Of a DNA stretch of 64,000 nt, positions 29,205 through 40,697 are shown piece after piece (the first letter of the stretch is position 1; the number at the start of each line of letters is the position of its first letter). The notes beneath the pieces were generated by a model. That model had not been told where the DNA came from. It made no database searches and saw only the letters and a program-made list of their open reading frames with translations. This DNA is from Candidatus Latescibacterota bacterium (lineage in GTDB: Bacteria; Latescibacterota; UBA2968; GCA-2709665). The DNA is taken from the NCBI GenBank assembly GCA_965226795.1, contig CBDDDZ010000005.1, forward strand, positions 672,001 to 736,000, given 5' to 3'. The position numbers and the translations under genes were made by a program.

Positions 29205-30905
29205 TCAATTCTGACTCAGCATTTCTCTCGCGTGTTCCATGGTAAGGGCCGATATTTTTTCCCCGCCCAGAAGTTTCGCAAGTTCCCGCGCGCGCTCATC
29301 TTCCTCCAGCTCGATTACCCGGGTGACGGTGCGGCCATTAGATACGGTCTTATGCACGGCCAGATGGGTATCCGCCATTCTGGCGATTTGAGGGAGATGG
29401 GTTATGCAGATGGTCTGGCGCGCACGCGACAGGCTCTTGAGCTTCCTGCCCACCACGTCGGCGATGCGGCCGGAGATGCCGATGTCGATCTCGTCGAAGA
29501 TGAGGACCTGTACCGGATCGGATTGGGAGAGCACGGATTTCAGGGCAAGCATGATCCGGGACACCTCGCCGCCGGAAGCCACCTTGACCAGCGGCCTGAG
29601 GGCTTCGCCAGGGTTCGTGGAAATGTGGAACTCGACGCGCTCGATGCCCTTCGGGCCCACGCGAAATCGCCGGTTGTCCAGGCTTACCCAACCGTCGGGC
29701 GACTCGTCCCGGATGAGTTCAACGCGAAAATCGGCCCGGGGAATCCCCAGGTCGCCGAGCGCCTCCGTTGTCTCGCGGGAGAGGTCGTGCGCGGCGGCTT
29801 CACGCGCTTTGGAAAGCCCGGCGCACACTTGCGAAAGTCTGGCGCGGGCCGAATCGATTTCCCCTTCGACCTCCTCCAGCGAACGGTCCAACCGCTCCGA
29901 TTGCGCCAGTTCCTCTTCCGCGTTCTCACGGTGCTCAAGCACCGTCTCAAGGCTGCCGCCGTATTTCTTCTTCAGGTGCGCCAGGAGATCCAGACGTCCG
30001 GCGACCTCCGCAAGGCGTTCCGGGTTGTGCTCGACGCTGCGTGCATAGTCCGAAAAAAAACGGGCCAGTTCTTCAATTGCATAACGCTGGGCGGCCAGTT
30101 CATCGGCCCGAAAGCGGAGCGATTCGTCCATCTGTACGGCGTCTTTCAGGAGATGCTCTGCGGCGCCCAGACGATCCAAAATGGAGTCGTCCCCCTGGTA
30201 GAGCATCGTTTCCAGGTGCATGGCGGTTTCGATCAGCCGCTCTGCGTGCGTAAGCATCGACCGTTCCTGCAGGAGGCGCTCGTCCTCGTCAGGTTCCGGA
30301 TCGGCCGAAACGATTTCCTCCACCTGAAATTCGAGAAGGTCTCGCCGGTCGCGCATCCGTTGCGCTTCGGCATCGGCGTTTTTCCGCTTTGCAAGGAGGT
30401 CGGACAGACGACTGTGCGCAATACCGACCGATTCGCGGAGTTTTCCCAGTCTGGCGAACCCGTCCAGAAAGTCGATATGACGTTCCGTGTAAAGAAGAGA
30501 CTGGTGATCGTGTTGTCCATGAAGGTCAACCAGGGCTCTGGCCAGGTCGAGCAGGCTGCGCAGGGGTACGGTGAGACCGTTGACGAAACAGCGGTTTCGG
30601 CCATTCGCGACGACCTCGCGGCGGATGATGAGTTCGCCCTGCTCGGCCTCGATGCCCATGGCGTCCAGGAGCGGCAGACACCGGTGATCGGGTTGTAACT
30701 GGAAAATGGCCTCGACGAGACACCTCTTTTCTCTGGTTCGGATCACTTCCGGGCTCGCCCGCATTCCGAGAACCAGACCCAGGGCGCCGATGAGAATGGA
30801 TTTGCCCGCGCCGGTTTCGCCGGTAATGATGTTCAACCCGGGACCGAGTTCGATTTCAACTCTGTCGATCAACGCGTAGTTGACGACAAGCAGTCGGCAG
30901 AGCAC
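29205..30905 (-). CDS. recN: DNA repair protein RecN
   Basis: TGETGAGKS Walker A, LHGQHDHQ, ASGGEVSR, FDEIDIG, ITHLPQIA; GTG start 30905. Confidence 0.96.
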   Translation of the reverse strand: MLCRLLVVNYALIDRVEIELGPGLNIITGETGAGKSILIGALGLVLGMRASPEVIRTREKRCLVEAIFQLQPDHRCLPLLDAMGIEAEQGELIIRREVVANGRNRCFVNGLTVPLRSLLDLARALVDLHGQHDHQSLLYTERHIDFLDGFARLGKLRESVGIAHSRLSDLLAKRKNADAEAQRMRDRRDLLEFQVEEIVSADPEPDEDERLLQERSMLTHAERLIETAMHLETMLYQGDDSILDRLGAAEHLLKDAVQMDESLRFRADELAAQRYAIEELARFFSDYARSVEHNPERLAEVAGRLDLLAHLKKKYGGSLETVLEHRENAEEELAQSERLDRSLEEVEGEIDSARARLSQVCAGLSKAREAAAHDLSRETTEALGDLGIPRADFRVELIRDESPDGWVSLDNRRFRVGPKGIERVEFHISTNPGEALRPLVKVASGGEVSRIMLALKSVLSQSDPVQVLIFDEIDIGISGRIADVVGRKLKSLSRARQTICITHLPQIARMADTHLAVHKTVSNGRTVTRVIELEEDERARELAKLLGGEKISALTMEHAREMLSQN

Positions 30906-30907
30906 GG

Positions 30908-31774
30908 TCAGGACTCCTGAGGTTCGCGCCGGTCCAGGCTCCAATCCAATTTGCGCCTGAGCAACTGATAGAAGGAAAGCCCCTGGAGGTTGATCAGACG
31001 GGTCGTATGAGCGGCCTGTCGGATGTGAACGCGTTCTTCGGGCTGTATGGGTGAGACGATCTTGCCGTCGGCGGTTACCATGATATCGCTGTGTTCGGCG
31101 ATCACCTGGACAGTGATCGACTGATTGCCCGGGATGACCGCGGGACGTAGCGAGAGCGAATGCGCGCAGATGGGCGTGATAATGAATGCCCTCAGATCCG
31201 GATGGAGGATGGGACCTCCCGCAGAGAGGCTGTAGCTGGTTGATCCGGTCGGGGTGGATACGATAATGCCATTCCCGAAAAAGGAACTGAACGGCGTGTC
31301 GGAAACCCAGGACTTCACCTGGACGAGGCGGGCGAGCACCCCTTTTTCGATGACAATTTCGTTGAGCGCAAAGAAGGGTTTGTTTCCGATTTCCGCTTCG
31401 AGGGCCATGCGTTCTTCAAGCTGATATTCACCCCGCTTCAATCTTCCCAGACTCTCGCGCAACTCGTCGGGCGCGGCTCCCGCCAGAAATCCCAGTCGGC
31501 CCAGGTTGACGCCCAGAATGGGTTTTTGAGCGGAATCGACCAGTTTGGCCGCCCGGAGAATGGTGCCGTCTCCACCCAGGGCAACGACAATATCCGAGTG
31601 CGCGGCGAGGTCGGCGGCCGGGCGGAAAGTGACATCGTTGGAGAGACAGATTTCCCTTAACGGTTCCTCCAGAATGAGCTCGATGCCCTGGTCGTGCGCA
31701 AGCTGCACGAAATTCTGGATAATGGGACCGATGCCGTCCCGTTTGATATATGCAAGTATGCCAATGCGTTTCAT
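30908..31774 (-). CDS. nadK: NAD kinase
   Basis: LGGDGT, GVNLGRLGFL, ALNE, STPTGSTSYSLSAGG. Confidence 0.95.
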   Translation of the reverse strand: MKRIGILAYIKRDGIGPIIQNFVQLAHDQGIELILEEPLREICLSNDVTFRPAADLAAHSDIVVALGGDGTILRAAKLVDSAQKPILGVNLGRLGFLAGAAPDELRESLGRLKRGEYQLEERMALEAEIGNKPFFALNEIVIEKGVLARLVQVKSWVSDTPFSSFFGNGIIVSTPTGSTSYSLSAGGPILHPDLRAFIITPICAHSLSLRPAVIPGNQSITVQVIAEHSDIMVTADGKIVSPIQPEERVHIRQAAHTTRLINLQGLSFYQLLRRKLDWSLDRREPQES

Positions 31775-31870
31775 GGGGACCGGGAGCCAGCGGGGCGATT
31801 GTTCAGTTGAGCTGTATGAATGTAGCCTGAATTTGAAGATCTCGCAATCGGTGTTGCACGGGACAGGACA

Positions 31871-32116
31871 TCAGTCCTCGGCTTCCTCTGCGGCGTCCAG
31901 TTCCGTGAGCTGAAAGTCATTTCCGCTCTCGGCGGCCAGGACTTCGACACGCTGCTTGGCCTCTTCCAGCCGCGCACGACAAAGGTTTGACGCTTTCAGT
32001 CCCTCTTCAAAAAGGCGTAGCGCTTCTGCCAAGGGCAGGTTTCCGGCCTCCAGGGTTTCAACCGCGGCTTCCAGCTGCTTGAGCGCCTCTTCGAATGTGG
32101 GTTCTACTTCTTCCAT
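31871..32116 (-). CDS. xseB: Exodeoxyribonuclease VII small subunit
   Basis: TFEEALKQLEAAVETLEAGNLPLAEALRLFEEG; ATG 32116 with SD AGGAG. Confidence 0.93.
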   Translation of the reverse strand: MEEVEPTFEEALKQLEAAVETLEAGNLPLAEALRLFEEGLKASNLCRARLEEAKQRVEVLAAESGNDFQLTELDAAEEAED

Positions 32117-32367
32117 TGGACTCCTCATAGAGTTGAAGGGCTCATTTTTTACCCAATTTCGACTGGATCCGGGAAAGATCCGCACCGTGGCGAACCCGCG
32201 GTGCGCGCAGCGGTCGGCACACCGCGTGCCCTATGGCATCTAAAGACAGGTTTGGACCGACGGGCATCTGCATCCAGGAATACCCTGCGTCCGGGGGATT
32301 TTGAGTGCGTCTTTCAAGCAATGTCCGGTAACGCGGTCTGCGGATGGTCGCGAAATTCCGTTTCCAC

Positions 32368-33579
<1,212 letters not shown>

Positions 33580-33581
33580 AC

Positions 33582-34370
33582 TCAAGACTCCTGCCAGTCG
33601 ATTCGCAACCGTTCGATGCGGGTAGCTTTTCCGGATTCGTTTTCGACTTCCACGACGACACCGCAAAGCTTGATGTCGTTTTCAGCCGGTTCAAAACGGA
33701 CCGGAGTACGCTCCAGAAACCGATGGATCACGGCCTCCTTCCGGGCGCCGATGACGGAGTCGTGAGGGCCGGTCATGCCGGCATCCGACATAAAGGCTGT
33801 GCCGCCCGGCAGAATGCGCTCATCGGCGGTCTGTACGTGCGTGTGCGTGCCGAGGACGGCGCTGGCGCGGCCGTCCATAAACCATCCGTATGCGATCTTT
33901 TCGGAACTTGCTTCCGCGTGAAAGTCGATGGCGATCACCGGGGTCTGCCGGCGGAGGCGGTCCACAATATCTCTCCCGACGCGGAATGGACAGTCCAGGT
34001 CGAGCATATGCACGCGGCCCTGTATGCAGACAACACCGATCCGGACGCCGTTTGAGGCGGTGAAAATACCGTAGCCGGCGCCGCCGACGCTCTCCGGGAA
34101 ATTCGCGGGACGCAGAACGCGATCGGAACCCTGTATGAACGGGATGGCGTCTTTGCGATCCCAGACGTGGTTTCCCGTGGTGATTACATCGACACCGTAC
34201 GCGAAGAGCTTCTTTGCGATATTCCCGGTGATGCCGAATCCCCCGGCGGCATTTTCTCCATTGGCTATACAGAAATCGATCCGGTGGCTCTCCTTGAGCC
34301 GTGGAATCAGATCCGCGGCCGCCTTTCTGCCCGGCCTACCGTAGATATCGCCGACAAACAGAATATTCAA
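33582..34370 (-). CDS. ymdB: YmdB/TIGR00282 metallophosphoesterase
   Basis: GDIYGRPG, NGENAAGGFG, TGNH, DFHAEASSEK, GTHTHVQTAD; follows rny. Confidence 0.93.
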   Translation of the reverse strand: MNILFVGDIYGRPGRKAAADLIPRLKESHRIDFCIANGENAAGGFGITGNIAKKLFAYGVDVITTGNHVWDRKDAIPFIQGSDRVLRPANFPESVGGAGYGIFTASNGVRIGVVCIQGRVHMLDLDCPFRVGRDIVDRLRRQTPVIAIDFHAEASSEKIAYGWFMDGRASAVLGTHTHVQTADERILPGGTAFMSDAGMTGPHDSVIGARKEAVIHRFLERTPVRFEPAENDIKLCGVVVEVENESGKATRIERLRIDWQES

Positions 34371-34539
34371 ATGGACACCTGTGAAAAACAGTCAACGATT
34401 GACGTTGCGTAACCCTCGGGAAGGCGGATTGTTCGCCTCCGGAAGGAAAAAAACCGGTAACGGACAGCGGGGCAATACGGTCGTTTGGGATACGGATGCA
34501 GCGGCAAGCATGGAAGTGGCCGGATTTGAGCCGGGCGCG

Positions 34540-36126
34540 TTAACGTGCAAAATCCACCGATCGCGTTTCTCTAATGACGGTTACCTTTACGGGCCCCGGG
34601 CAGGTGGCGTCTTCGGTAAGCCGCGAGACGATTTGCGTGGCCAGCCGTTCCGTGTCTGCGTCGCTCATCATATCGGAGTCCGCTACCACGCGGACTTCCT
34701 GTCCGGCCTTGATGGCGAAGACCGATTCCACGCCGTGTACCATCTTGGCGATGGACTCCAAGCGTTCCAGCCGTCTTACGTAATTCTCAATCTGTTCACG
34801 CTGCGCGCCCGGTCGCGACCGGGATATGCAATCGGCTGCGTCGACAAGCACGGCAACGGGCGAAACGGGATCCGCGTCTCCGTGATGGGACTCGATCGCG
34901 TTTATAACGATCGCGTCTTCACCATATTTGCGCGCAAGGTCCGCGCCATTCTCTCCGTATGTGCCCTCGGCTTCGTGCGCCAGCCCTTTGCCAATGTCGT
35001 GAAGCAAACCCGCGCGTTTGGCCAGCTGGGCGTTGAGACCGAGCGATGTGGCTATCATGCCCGAAAGAAAGGCCACTTCCTTACTGTGATTCAGCACATT
35101 CTGACCGTAGCTCGTACGGTATTTGAGACGGCCCAGGCAGGCGATGAGACGATCGTGCAGGCCCGGCACGCCAACGTCGAACGCCGCTTGAACGCCGGCG
35201 TCGTACATGACCTCCTGAATAGACTCTCTCGACTTTTGTACTAGTTCTTCGATCCGGCCCGGGTGGATGCGTCCGTCCAGAATCAGTTGTTCCATGGCAA
35301 TCTGGGCAATGGCCCGGCGTATGGGGTCGAACCCCGACAGTATAACAGCTTCCGGCGTGTCGTCGATCGTGACATCCACACCCGTAGCCATCTCAAAGGC
35401 GCGAATGTTCCGCCCTTCACGCCCGATGATTCGCCCCTTCATCTCGTCGGAAGGCAGGCGCACTACCGCAACGGTGGATTCGATCGTATGGTCTGCGGCC
35501 AATCTCTGAATCGCTGCGGCTATGATTTCCCGGGCTTCATCGTCGGCGCGGACGAGGGCGTCGTCGCGGATTTCCTTTAGCCGCCATTCCGCATCGCGTT
35601 CAGCCTCTTCTTCCATGTTGGCCATCAGGACACGTTTTGCCTCTTCCTTTGTGAGTCCTGCGATTTGTTCCAGGCGCCTGTTCTGCCTCAGCCGGCTTTG
35701 TTCCAGTTCCCGTTCCTGGCCGGCGAGTTGCTCCTCCAGCAACCGGAGTTGCTCATTTTTATCGGTAGCCAGCTTTTCCTTGTCGTTCAACAGGTCCGCG
35801 CGTTTGTCAAGCTGCCGTCTCAGGCTGCTCAGCTTCATGTCTTCCCTGGCGGATCGTTCGCGCTTTTCCTCCAGTTCCTGTTCAAACCGGAGCCGCTCCT
35901 GCTGTATCCTGTCCTTGGCTTCCAGGACCGCCGTCCGCTTCATTGCATCCGCTTCGGTCTGGGCATCTTCAAGGATTTTTTCCGCGGAGAGTTCGGCGCG
36001 ATGGATCTTGCTCTGCGCAATCTTGCCGCTGATCAGCCATCCCAGGATATACCCCAAAATAAGCAGGCCGGCCGACAGCATCATAACTGTCACGACTTCC
36101 AGGGTCGTATCTATCGGCAGGTTCAT
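34540..36126 (-). CDS. rny: Ribonuclease Y
   Basis: N-terminal TM helix, coiled coil, KH domain (MKGRIIGREGRNIR), HD domain (LLHDIGK), C-terminal VTVIRETR. Confidence 0.96.
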   Translation of the reverse strand: MNLPIDTTLEVVTVMMLSAGLLILGYILGWLISGKIAQSKIHRAELSAEKILEDAQTEADAMKRTAVLEAKDRIQQERLRFEQELEEKRERSAREDMKLSSLRRQLDKRADLLNDKEKLATDKNEQLRLLEEQLAGQERELEQSRLRQNRRLEQIAGLTKEEAKRVLMANMEEEAERDAEWRLKEIRDDALVRADDEAREIIAAAIQRLAADHTIESTVAVVRLPSDEMKGRIIGREGRNIRAFEMATGVDVTIDDTPEAVILSGFDPIRRAIAQIAMEQLILDGRIHPGRIEELVQKSRESIQEVMYDAGVQAAFDVGVPGLHDRLIACLGRLKYRTSYGQNVLNHSKEVAFLSGMIATSLGLNAQLAKRAGLLHDIGKGLAHEAEGTYGENGADLARKYGEDAIVINAIESHHGDADPVSPVAVLVDAADCISRSRPGAQREQIENYVRRLERLESIAKMVHGVESVFAIKAGQEVRVVADSDMMSDADTERLATQIVSRLTEDATCPGPVKVTVIRETRSVDFAR

Positions 36127-36158
36127 TTTGGTTTCACCGTCCTATTAAATCCATGCAC

Positions 36159-36247
36159 AAAAAAACCCGCTTGCATTCATCCGGTTCCGTACATCCCGTC
36201 CGGTTTACAATGATCGCTCCGGATGGTTACAGATGAACGCAGCAGGC
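36159..36247 (-). ncRNA. Short 6S-like RNA candidate in the zapA-rny gap
   Basis: Rod-shaped hairpin: CCUGCUGCGUUCAUCUG pairs with CGGAUGAAUGCAAGCGGG, with an asymmetric bubble, inner stem CCAUCCGG/CCGGACGG and a U7 tail. It sits at the position usual for ssrS. Confidence 0.5.
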
Positions 36248-36317
36248 AACACCGAAATCGTCGATCCGGCAGGCGTGCCGGGAATCGTTGGCACGCCCTT
36301 ACTGTTTGAGGTTGTCT

Positions 36318-36602
36318 CTACGCAATCCGGTTTGTGAAGGACGCCAGATTGTGGGTCTGTTCCGTCAGGGTCTTTCCCAACTTCCGACTGGCTTCTTCCT
36401 CTTTAAGCAGTTCGTGGGCGAGATTGACGGCCGCAACGACTGCAATTTTGGCAACCGAACGAAGCGAAATATAGTTCGCGACATCACGCATTTTCCGGTC
36501 GACGTTCCGGGCTACGGCCCGGGCATGGTCCGGGTCACCTTCCGTGTAGATGCTGTATTCGGTGCCGAAGATCTGGACGCGTATTACCGGTTGTTCAGAC
36601 AT
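36318..36602 (-). CDS. zapA: Cell division protein ZapA
   Basis: IRVQIFGTEYSI, VDRKM, KIAVVAAVNLAHEL. Confidence 0.9.
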   Translation of the reverse strand: MSEQPVIRVQIFGTEYSIYTEGDPDHARAVARNVDRKMRDVANYISLRSVAKIAVVAAVNLAHELLKEEEASRKLGKTLTEQTHNLASFTNRIA

Positions 36603-36668
36603 GAAACCTCGGGACATCCGGAGGCAATGTGAAACTCTGGGGTTCGGTGTTGATGTAGGCTGTGCCGT

Positions 36669-37130
36669 TTACGCTGTATTCACTGAATCCAGACGCGAGA
36701 TCATAGTTTCGATTTTGCGTTGGATTTCCTCCTTGTTCTCAATCAGGGAAGCGTTATCGTCGTAAATGGACCGGAGGCGTTCCCTTTCGGTCTGCAATTC
36801 GGAGATAGCCTGGTCCTGGTTTTCCAGCCGTTCCTGAAGCTCATGTTTGCTCTGCTGTAGTTCGGCGATTTCCCGTCGTAACTGTTGGATAATATCCACA
36901 GCGCGATCGATTTCACCAATAAGGAGATCAAGTTGTTCGGAAACGCGATTTTCCGACTCCAGCCGGTCCTCCTCCCGGTCGTCGGTTTCGGGCTGTCCGT
37001 CTGCCTTGACGGGCGTTTCTGCTGCATCATCCGACATCGACTGTACGTCCGTCTGTTCGACAGATTCGAACGGATTGTCGTTTCGAATGCCGGAATCCAG
37101 CTGTTCGTTTACCCGGTCTTGCGCTTCCAT
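36669..37130 (-). CDS. ZapB-like coiled-coil protein with an acidic N-terminal extension
   Basis: Heptad-rich C-terminal half ending KIETMISRLD; lies directly upstream of zapA. Confidence 0.65.
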   Translation of the reverse strand: MEAQDRVNEQLDSGIRNDNPFESVEQTDVQSMSDDAAETPVKADGQPETDDREEDRLESENRVSEQLDLLIGEIDRAVDIIQQLRREIAELQQSKHELQERLENQDQAISELQTERERLRSIYDDNASLIENKEEIQRKIETMISRLDSVNTA

Positions 37131-37219
37131 GTATTCACCCTTTCATCGCTGTCGGTTTTTCCCGATCGGTTTTTTTCAGTGAGGGGAAAAATATACGTTT
37201 GCGTAACCCTACACTACGC

Positions 37220-37248
37220 AATGTAATGCCTCCATGGCCTAAAGTCAA
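37220..37248 (-). promoter_or_regulatory. Sigma70-type promoter for the zapB-like/zapA/rny run
   Basis: TTGACT (37248-37243), 17 nt spacer, TACATT (37225-37220). Confidence 0.6.
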
Positions 37249-37340
37249 GGGTGGGATACCATACTTGACGCACGGGGAGCGAAAACGGAATCGATGCGAG
37301 GGGACGCTTTTCTGATGGATTCCGCGACTTGGAGGGCAAT

Positions 37341-37694
37341 TTACAGGTGTTGTCGGGCCTGTTCAGCCAGCGCTGTGAATGCCGCTGCATCCGTGATTGC
37401 GAGGTTGGCCAGAACTTTCCGGTCGACGGAAATATCGGCTTTTTTCAGGCCGCTGATCAGGCTGCTGTAGGACAGCCCGTTAAGCCGGGCGGCGGCGTTG
37501 ACCCGAACGATCCACAGAGAGCGGAAATTTCTCTTTTTTTGACGACGGTCCCTATACGCATAGGAAAGCGCATGGTTGACGGCGTCGTCCGCGGTGCGGT
37601 ACAGCTTGCTTCGCCCGCCCCGGTATCCGCGCGCGGCTTTCAGTACTTTTTTCCGTCGGCGTCGCGAAGCGACGCTATTCGTTGATCTCGACAT
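37341..37694 (-). CDS. rplT: 50S ribosomal protein L20
   Basis: [43 protein letters not shown] 37694. Confidence 0.97.
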   Translation of the reverse strand: MSRSTNSVASRRRRKKVLKAARGYRGGRSKLYRTADDAVNHALSYAYRDRRQKKRNFRSLWIVRVNAAARLNGLSYSSLISGLKKADISVDRKVLANLAITDAAAFTALAEQARQHL

Positions 37695-37823
37695 GTCGAT
37701 GGTCTCCTTGTAGCGCCTGGCAGTGTCAAGGGCAGGTGTTGCCGCGCCCGCCATGGCCTTCTAATGATGAACCCCTGTCTGCTCGCGGGAAGGGAACTTC
37801 CGAAATAAAGGGGTAACAGCCCG

Positions 37824-38018
37824 TCAGTTCGGAAGCAGGCGCCTTACGCGGTTCTGGTCGGATTTGTGGACCGCGGTGGATTTGCGCAGATGCATCTTTC
37901 GTTTGCTGCTCTTGCTTGCCAGGTTATGGGTAACCGTTGATTTCCCGCGGCCGATCACGCCGGATTTCCGGCGTTTGAAGCGTTTCGCGGCCCCACGGTG
38001 TGTTTTCATTTTGGGCAC
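37824..38018 (-). CDS. rpmI: 50S ribosomal protein L35
   Basis: (M)PKMKTHRGAAKRFK; GTG 38018 after GAGGAG. Confidence 0.96.
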   Translation of the reverse strand: MPKMKTHRGAAKRFKRRKSGVIGRGKSTVTHNLASKSSKRKMHLRKSTAVHKSDQNRVRRLLPN

Positions 38019-38152
38019 GTTTAACTCCTCGGAAAAACCCGTTTTCGCCATCCGCAATGGACACGGAAAATGGGCAACCTGGAGCGAGGGAAAAGGCGAG
38101 ATCCGAATTATACTGCCTCCTGTGTTCCCGCTCCGGGCGCTATCGGTGGATG

Positions 38153-38689
38153 TTATTTCGGCGCGATGATGATAAGGATGTTTCGGCCTTCGTCTTTGAT
38201 GGGCAATTCGGCCACGCCGGTTTCCCGAAGGTCGTCCACCGCGCGTTCGAGAAGCACCCTGCCCTGTGGGCGGTACATATTCTGACGACCTCGAAATTCC
38301 ACGGAAATCCTGACTTTGTGGCGGTGCTTCAAAAAATTCTCGGCATGGCGGATCTTGAATTCGTAATCGTGATCGCTGATTCTGGGACCCAGTCGAATCT
38401 CTTTCAGTTGCGACCCGCTTTTTTTGCCCTTTTTCTGTTTTTTGCTCTGTTCATATCGGTACTTGCCGTAATTCATGATTCGGCACACCGGAGGTCGGGC
38501 GTTAGGAGCAACTTCGACCAGGTCGAGGTCGGCCTCCAATGCCATTTCGATTGCCTTCCGGGTTTCAACGATCCCGACCTGTTCGCCCTCGTTGTCGACC
38601 AGGCGAATCTGCGGAATGCGGATCTGCTCGTTGACACGAGGTGCTTTTTCCTGCTTTCGATCTCGAAAACCTCTTGGACCTCTGTTGAT
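38153..38689 (-). CDS. infC: Translation initiation factor IF-3 (non-canonical ATC start)
   Basis: RVNEQIRIPQIRLVD, DLDLVEVAPNARPPVCRIMNYGKY, FRGRQ; in-frame ATC at 38689 lies 7 nt after GGAGGT. Confidence 0.95.
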   Translation of the reverse strand: MNRGPRGFRDRKQEKAPRVNEQIRIPQIRLVDNEGEQVGIVETRKAIEMALEADLDLVEVAPNARPPVCRIMNYGKYRYEQSKKQKKGKKSGSQLKEIRLGPRISDHDYEFKIRHAENFLKHRHKVRISVEFRGRQNMYRPQGRVLLERAVDDLRETGVAELPIKDEGRNILIIIAPK

Positions 38690-38747
38690 ACCGATTACCT
38701 CCGAATTTGATCCGGCCCGTTGTCGGCCAAATTGGATAATAGAGGGG

Positions 38748-40697
38748 CTACGCGGCGCTTTTCGTCTCTACTTCCTTCTGCATCCTGGCAATCAGGTCGA
38801 TTGTGGACATGCTTCCCAGGTCACCGGCGCCATGCCTGCGAACCGAGATGGATTGCGCGTCGAGTTCCTGTTTGCCTACGATGATCATGTATGGAATCTT
38901 CTGAACTTCCGCCTCGCGAATCTTGAAACCGAGTTTGGCGTCCTGGGGGTCGATTTCGGCGCGGAGCCCCGCGCTGGTGAGATGGCAGGCAACCTGTCTG
39001 GCATAGTCGGCGAAGGGATCGGAAACCGGAAGCACGACAACCTGCACCGGCGCCAGCCAGAGCGGGAAGTTTCCCGCGTAGTGTTCGATCAGGAGGCCGA
39101 AGAACCGCTCCACGGCGCCCAGGAGGGCGCGATGCACCATGTAGGGCCGATGGAATTTTCCGTCGGGACCGACAAAGCTCAGGTCGAAGCGTTCCGGCAG
39201 ATTGAAATCGAACTGAATGGTGGTGCACTGCCATTCCCTGTTTAAGGCATCGTTGATGGTCACGTCGATCTTGGGCCCGTAAAAAGCGCCGGCGCCCTCG
39301 TCGATCCGGTAGGGCAACTTCTGCCTGTCGACTGCCCGTTTGAGAGCGTCGGTGGCTCTTTCCCAGTCGGCCGGATCTCCAACCGACTTCCCGGGCCGGG
39401 TTGAGATGTAAACGTTGAAGTCTTCAAACCCGAAAGACTTGAGGATGAACAGCGTGAAGTCGATAACCCGGGCGACTTCGTCCTCCACCTGTTCGGGACG
39501 ACAGAAGATATGGGCGTCGTCCTGGGTGAATCCGCGCACCCGCAACAACCCGTGCAGCGTGCCGACCATTTCGTAGCGATAGACGGTACCCAGTTCGGCC
39601 CAGCGAAAGGGGAGCTCCCGATAGCTTCGCCTCCGGGATTTGTAAATGAGGCTGTGGAAGGGGCAATTCATCGGTTTGGCGAAATACGCCTGGCCGTCGA
39701 TATCCATTGGTGGGTACATGTTCTCGTGAAAGAAATCCAGGTGTCCACTGGTTTCCCAGAGTTGGGACCGGCCAATATGGGGCGAACCGACCAGTTCGTA
39801 CCCGCCGCCGTAATGCGCTTCGCGCCAGAAATCTTCAATTTGATTCCTGATTCGCGCGCCCTTGGGGTGCCAGAGGACGAGACCCGGGCCGGCGGTATCG
39901 TTGATCGAGAAGAGATCGAGACGCCCACCCAGGGTGCGGTGGTCCCGATTCCTGGCTTCTTCAAGGTACTCGAGATAGGCGTTGAGGTCTTTCTGGCCCG
40001 GAAAGGAGATGCCGTAGATGCGCTGGAGCATCACGTTGTTTTCGTCTCCCCGCCAGTATGCGCCCGAAGAACTCAGCAACTTGACCGCCTTGATGCGGCC
40101 GGTGTCCGGAACATGCGGCCCCCGGCACAGGTCCAGCCATTTTTCAGTATTTTTATAGATGCTGATGGTTTCGCCGGGTTCTATTTCCTCCAGGATTTCC
40201 AGTTTGTAGGTTTCACCGCGCTCTTCGAAGTGATCGATCGCGGCTTCCCTGGTGATTTCCTGGCGCTCAAAGGGCTGGGCCTCCGCAATGAGTTCCCGCA
40301 TGCGAATTTCGATCCGGTGCAATTCGTCCGGCGTGAACGGCTTTTTCCGGTCGAAGTCGTAGTAGAAGCCATTCTCGATGGGCGGGCCCAGCGTGACTTT
40401 GACGTCTGGAAACAGATCCTGCACCGCCTGCGCCATAATGTGAGCGGTGCTGTGCCAGTACACTTCTTTGCCGGCATCGCTGGAGAAGGTGAGGATTTCC
40501 AGCTCGACGCTGTCGTCCAGCGCACATGTGAGATCCATAGCGCGGCCGTTGACCTTTCCGGCCAGTGCCGCGCGGGCAAGTCCCGAGCCGATGGATTCGG
40601 CCACCTGCAGGATTGTGACACCCGCGCGAAAGTTTTTTCGGGAGCCATCGGGCAGGTTGACCGTTATATTGCCGGTTTCAGGCATCGTATTTGACAC
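38748..40697 (-). CDS. thrS: Threonine--tRNA ligase
   Basis: TGS domain, WHSTAH, DLCRGPH, KPMNCP, GLLRVRGFTQDDAH, AFYGPKID, HRALLG. Confidence 0.98.
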   Translation of the reverse strand: MSNTMPETGNITVNLPDGSRKNFRAGVTILQVAESIGSGLARAALAGKVNGRAMDLTCALDDSVELEILTFSSDAGKEVYWHSTAHIMAQAVQDLFPDVKVTLGPPIENGFYYDFDRKKPFTPDELHRIEIRMRELIAEAQPFERQEITREAAIDHFEERGETYKLEILEEIEPGETISIYKNTEKWLDLCRGPHVPDTGRIKAVKLLSSSGAYWRGDENNVMLQRIYGISFPGQKDLNAYLEYLEEARNRDHRTLGGRLDLFSINDTAGPGLVLWHPKGARIRNQIEDFWREAHYGGGYELVGSPHIGRSQLWETSGHLDFFHENMYPPMDIDGQAYFAKPMNCPFHSLIYKSRRRSYRELPFRWAELGTVYRYEMVGTLHGLLRVRGFTQDDAHIFCRPEQVEDEVARVIDFTLFILKSFGFEDFNVYISTRPGKSVGDPADWERATDALKRAVDRQKLPYRIDEGAGAFYGPKIDVTINDALNREWQCTTIQFDFNLPERFDLSFVGPDGKFHRPYMVHRALLGAVERFFGLLIEHYAGNFPLWLAPVQVVVLPVSDPFADYARQVACHLTSAGLRAEIDPQDAKLGFKIREAEVQKIPYMIIVGKQELDAQSISVRRHGAGDLGSMSTIDLIARMQKEVETKSAA

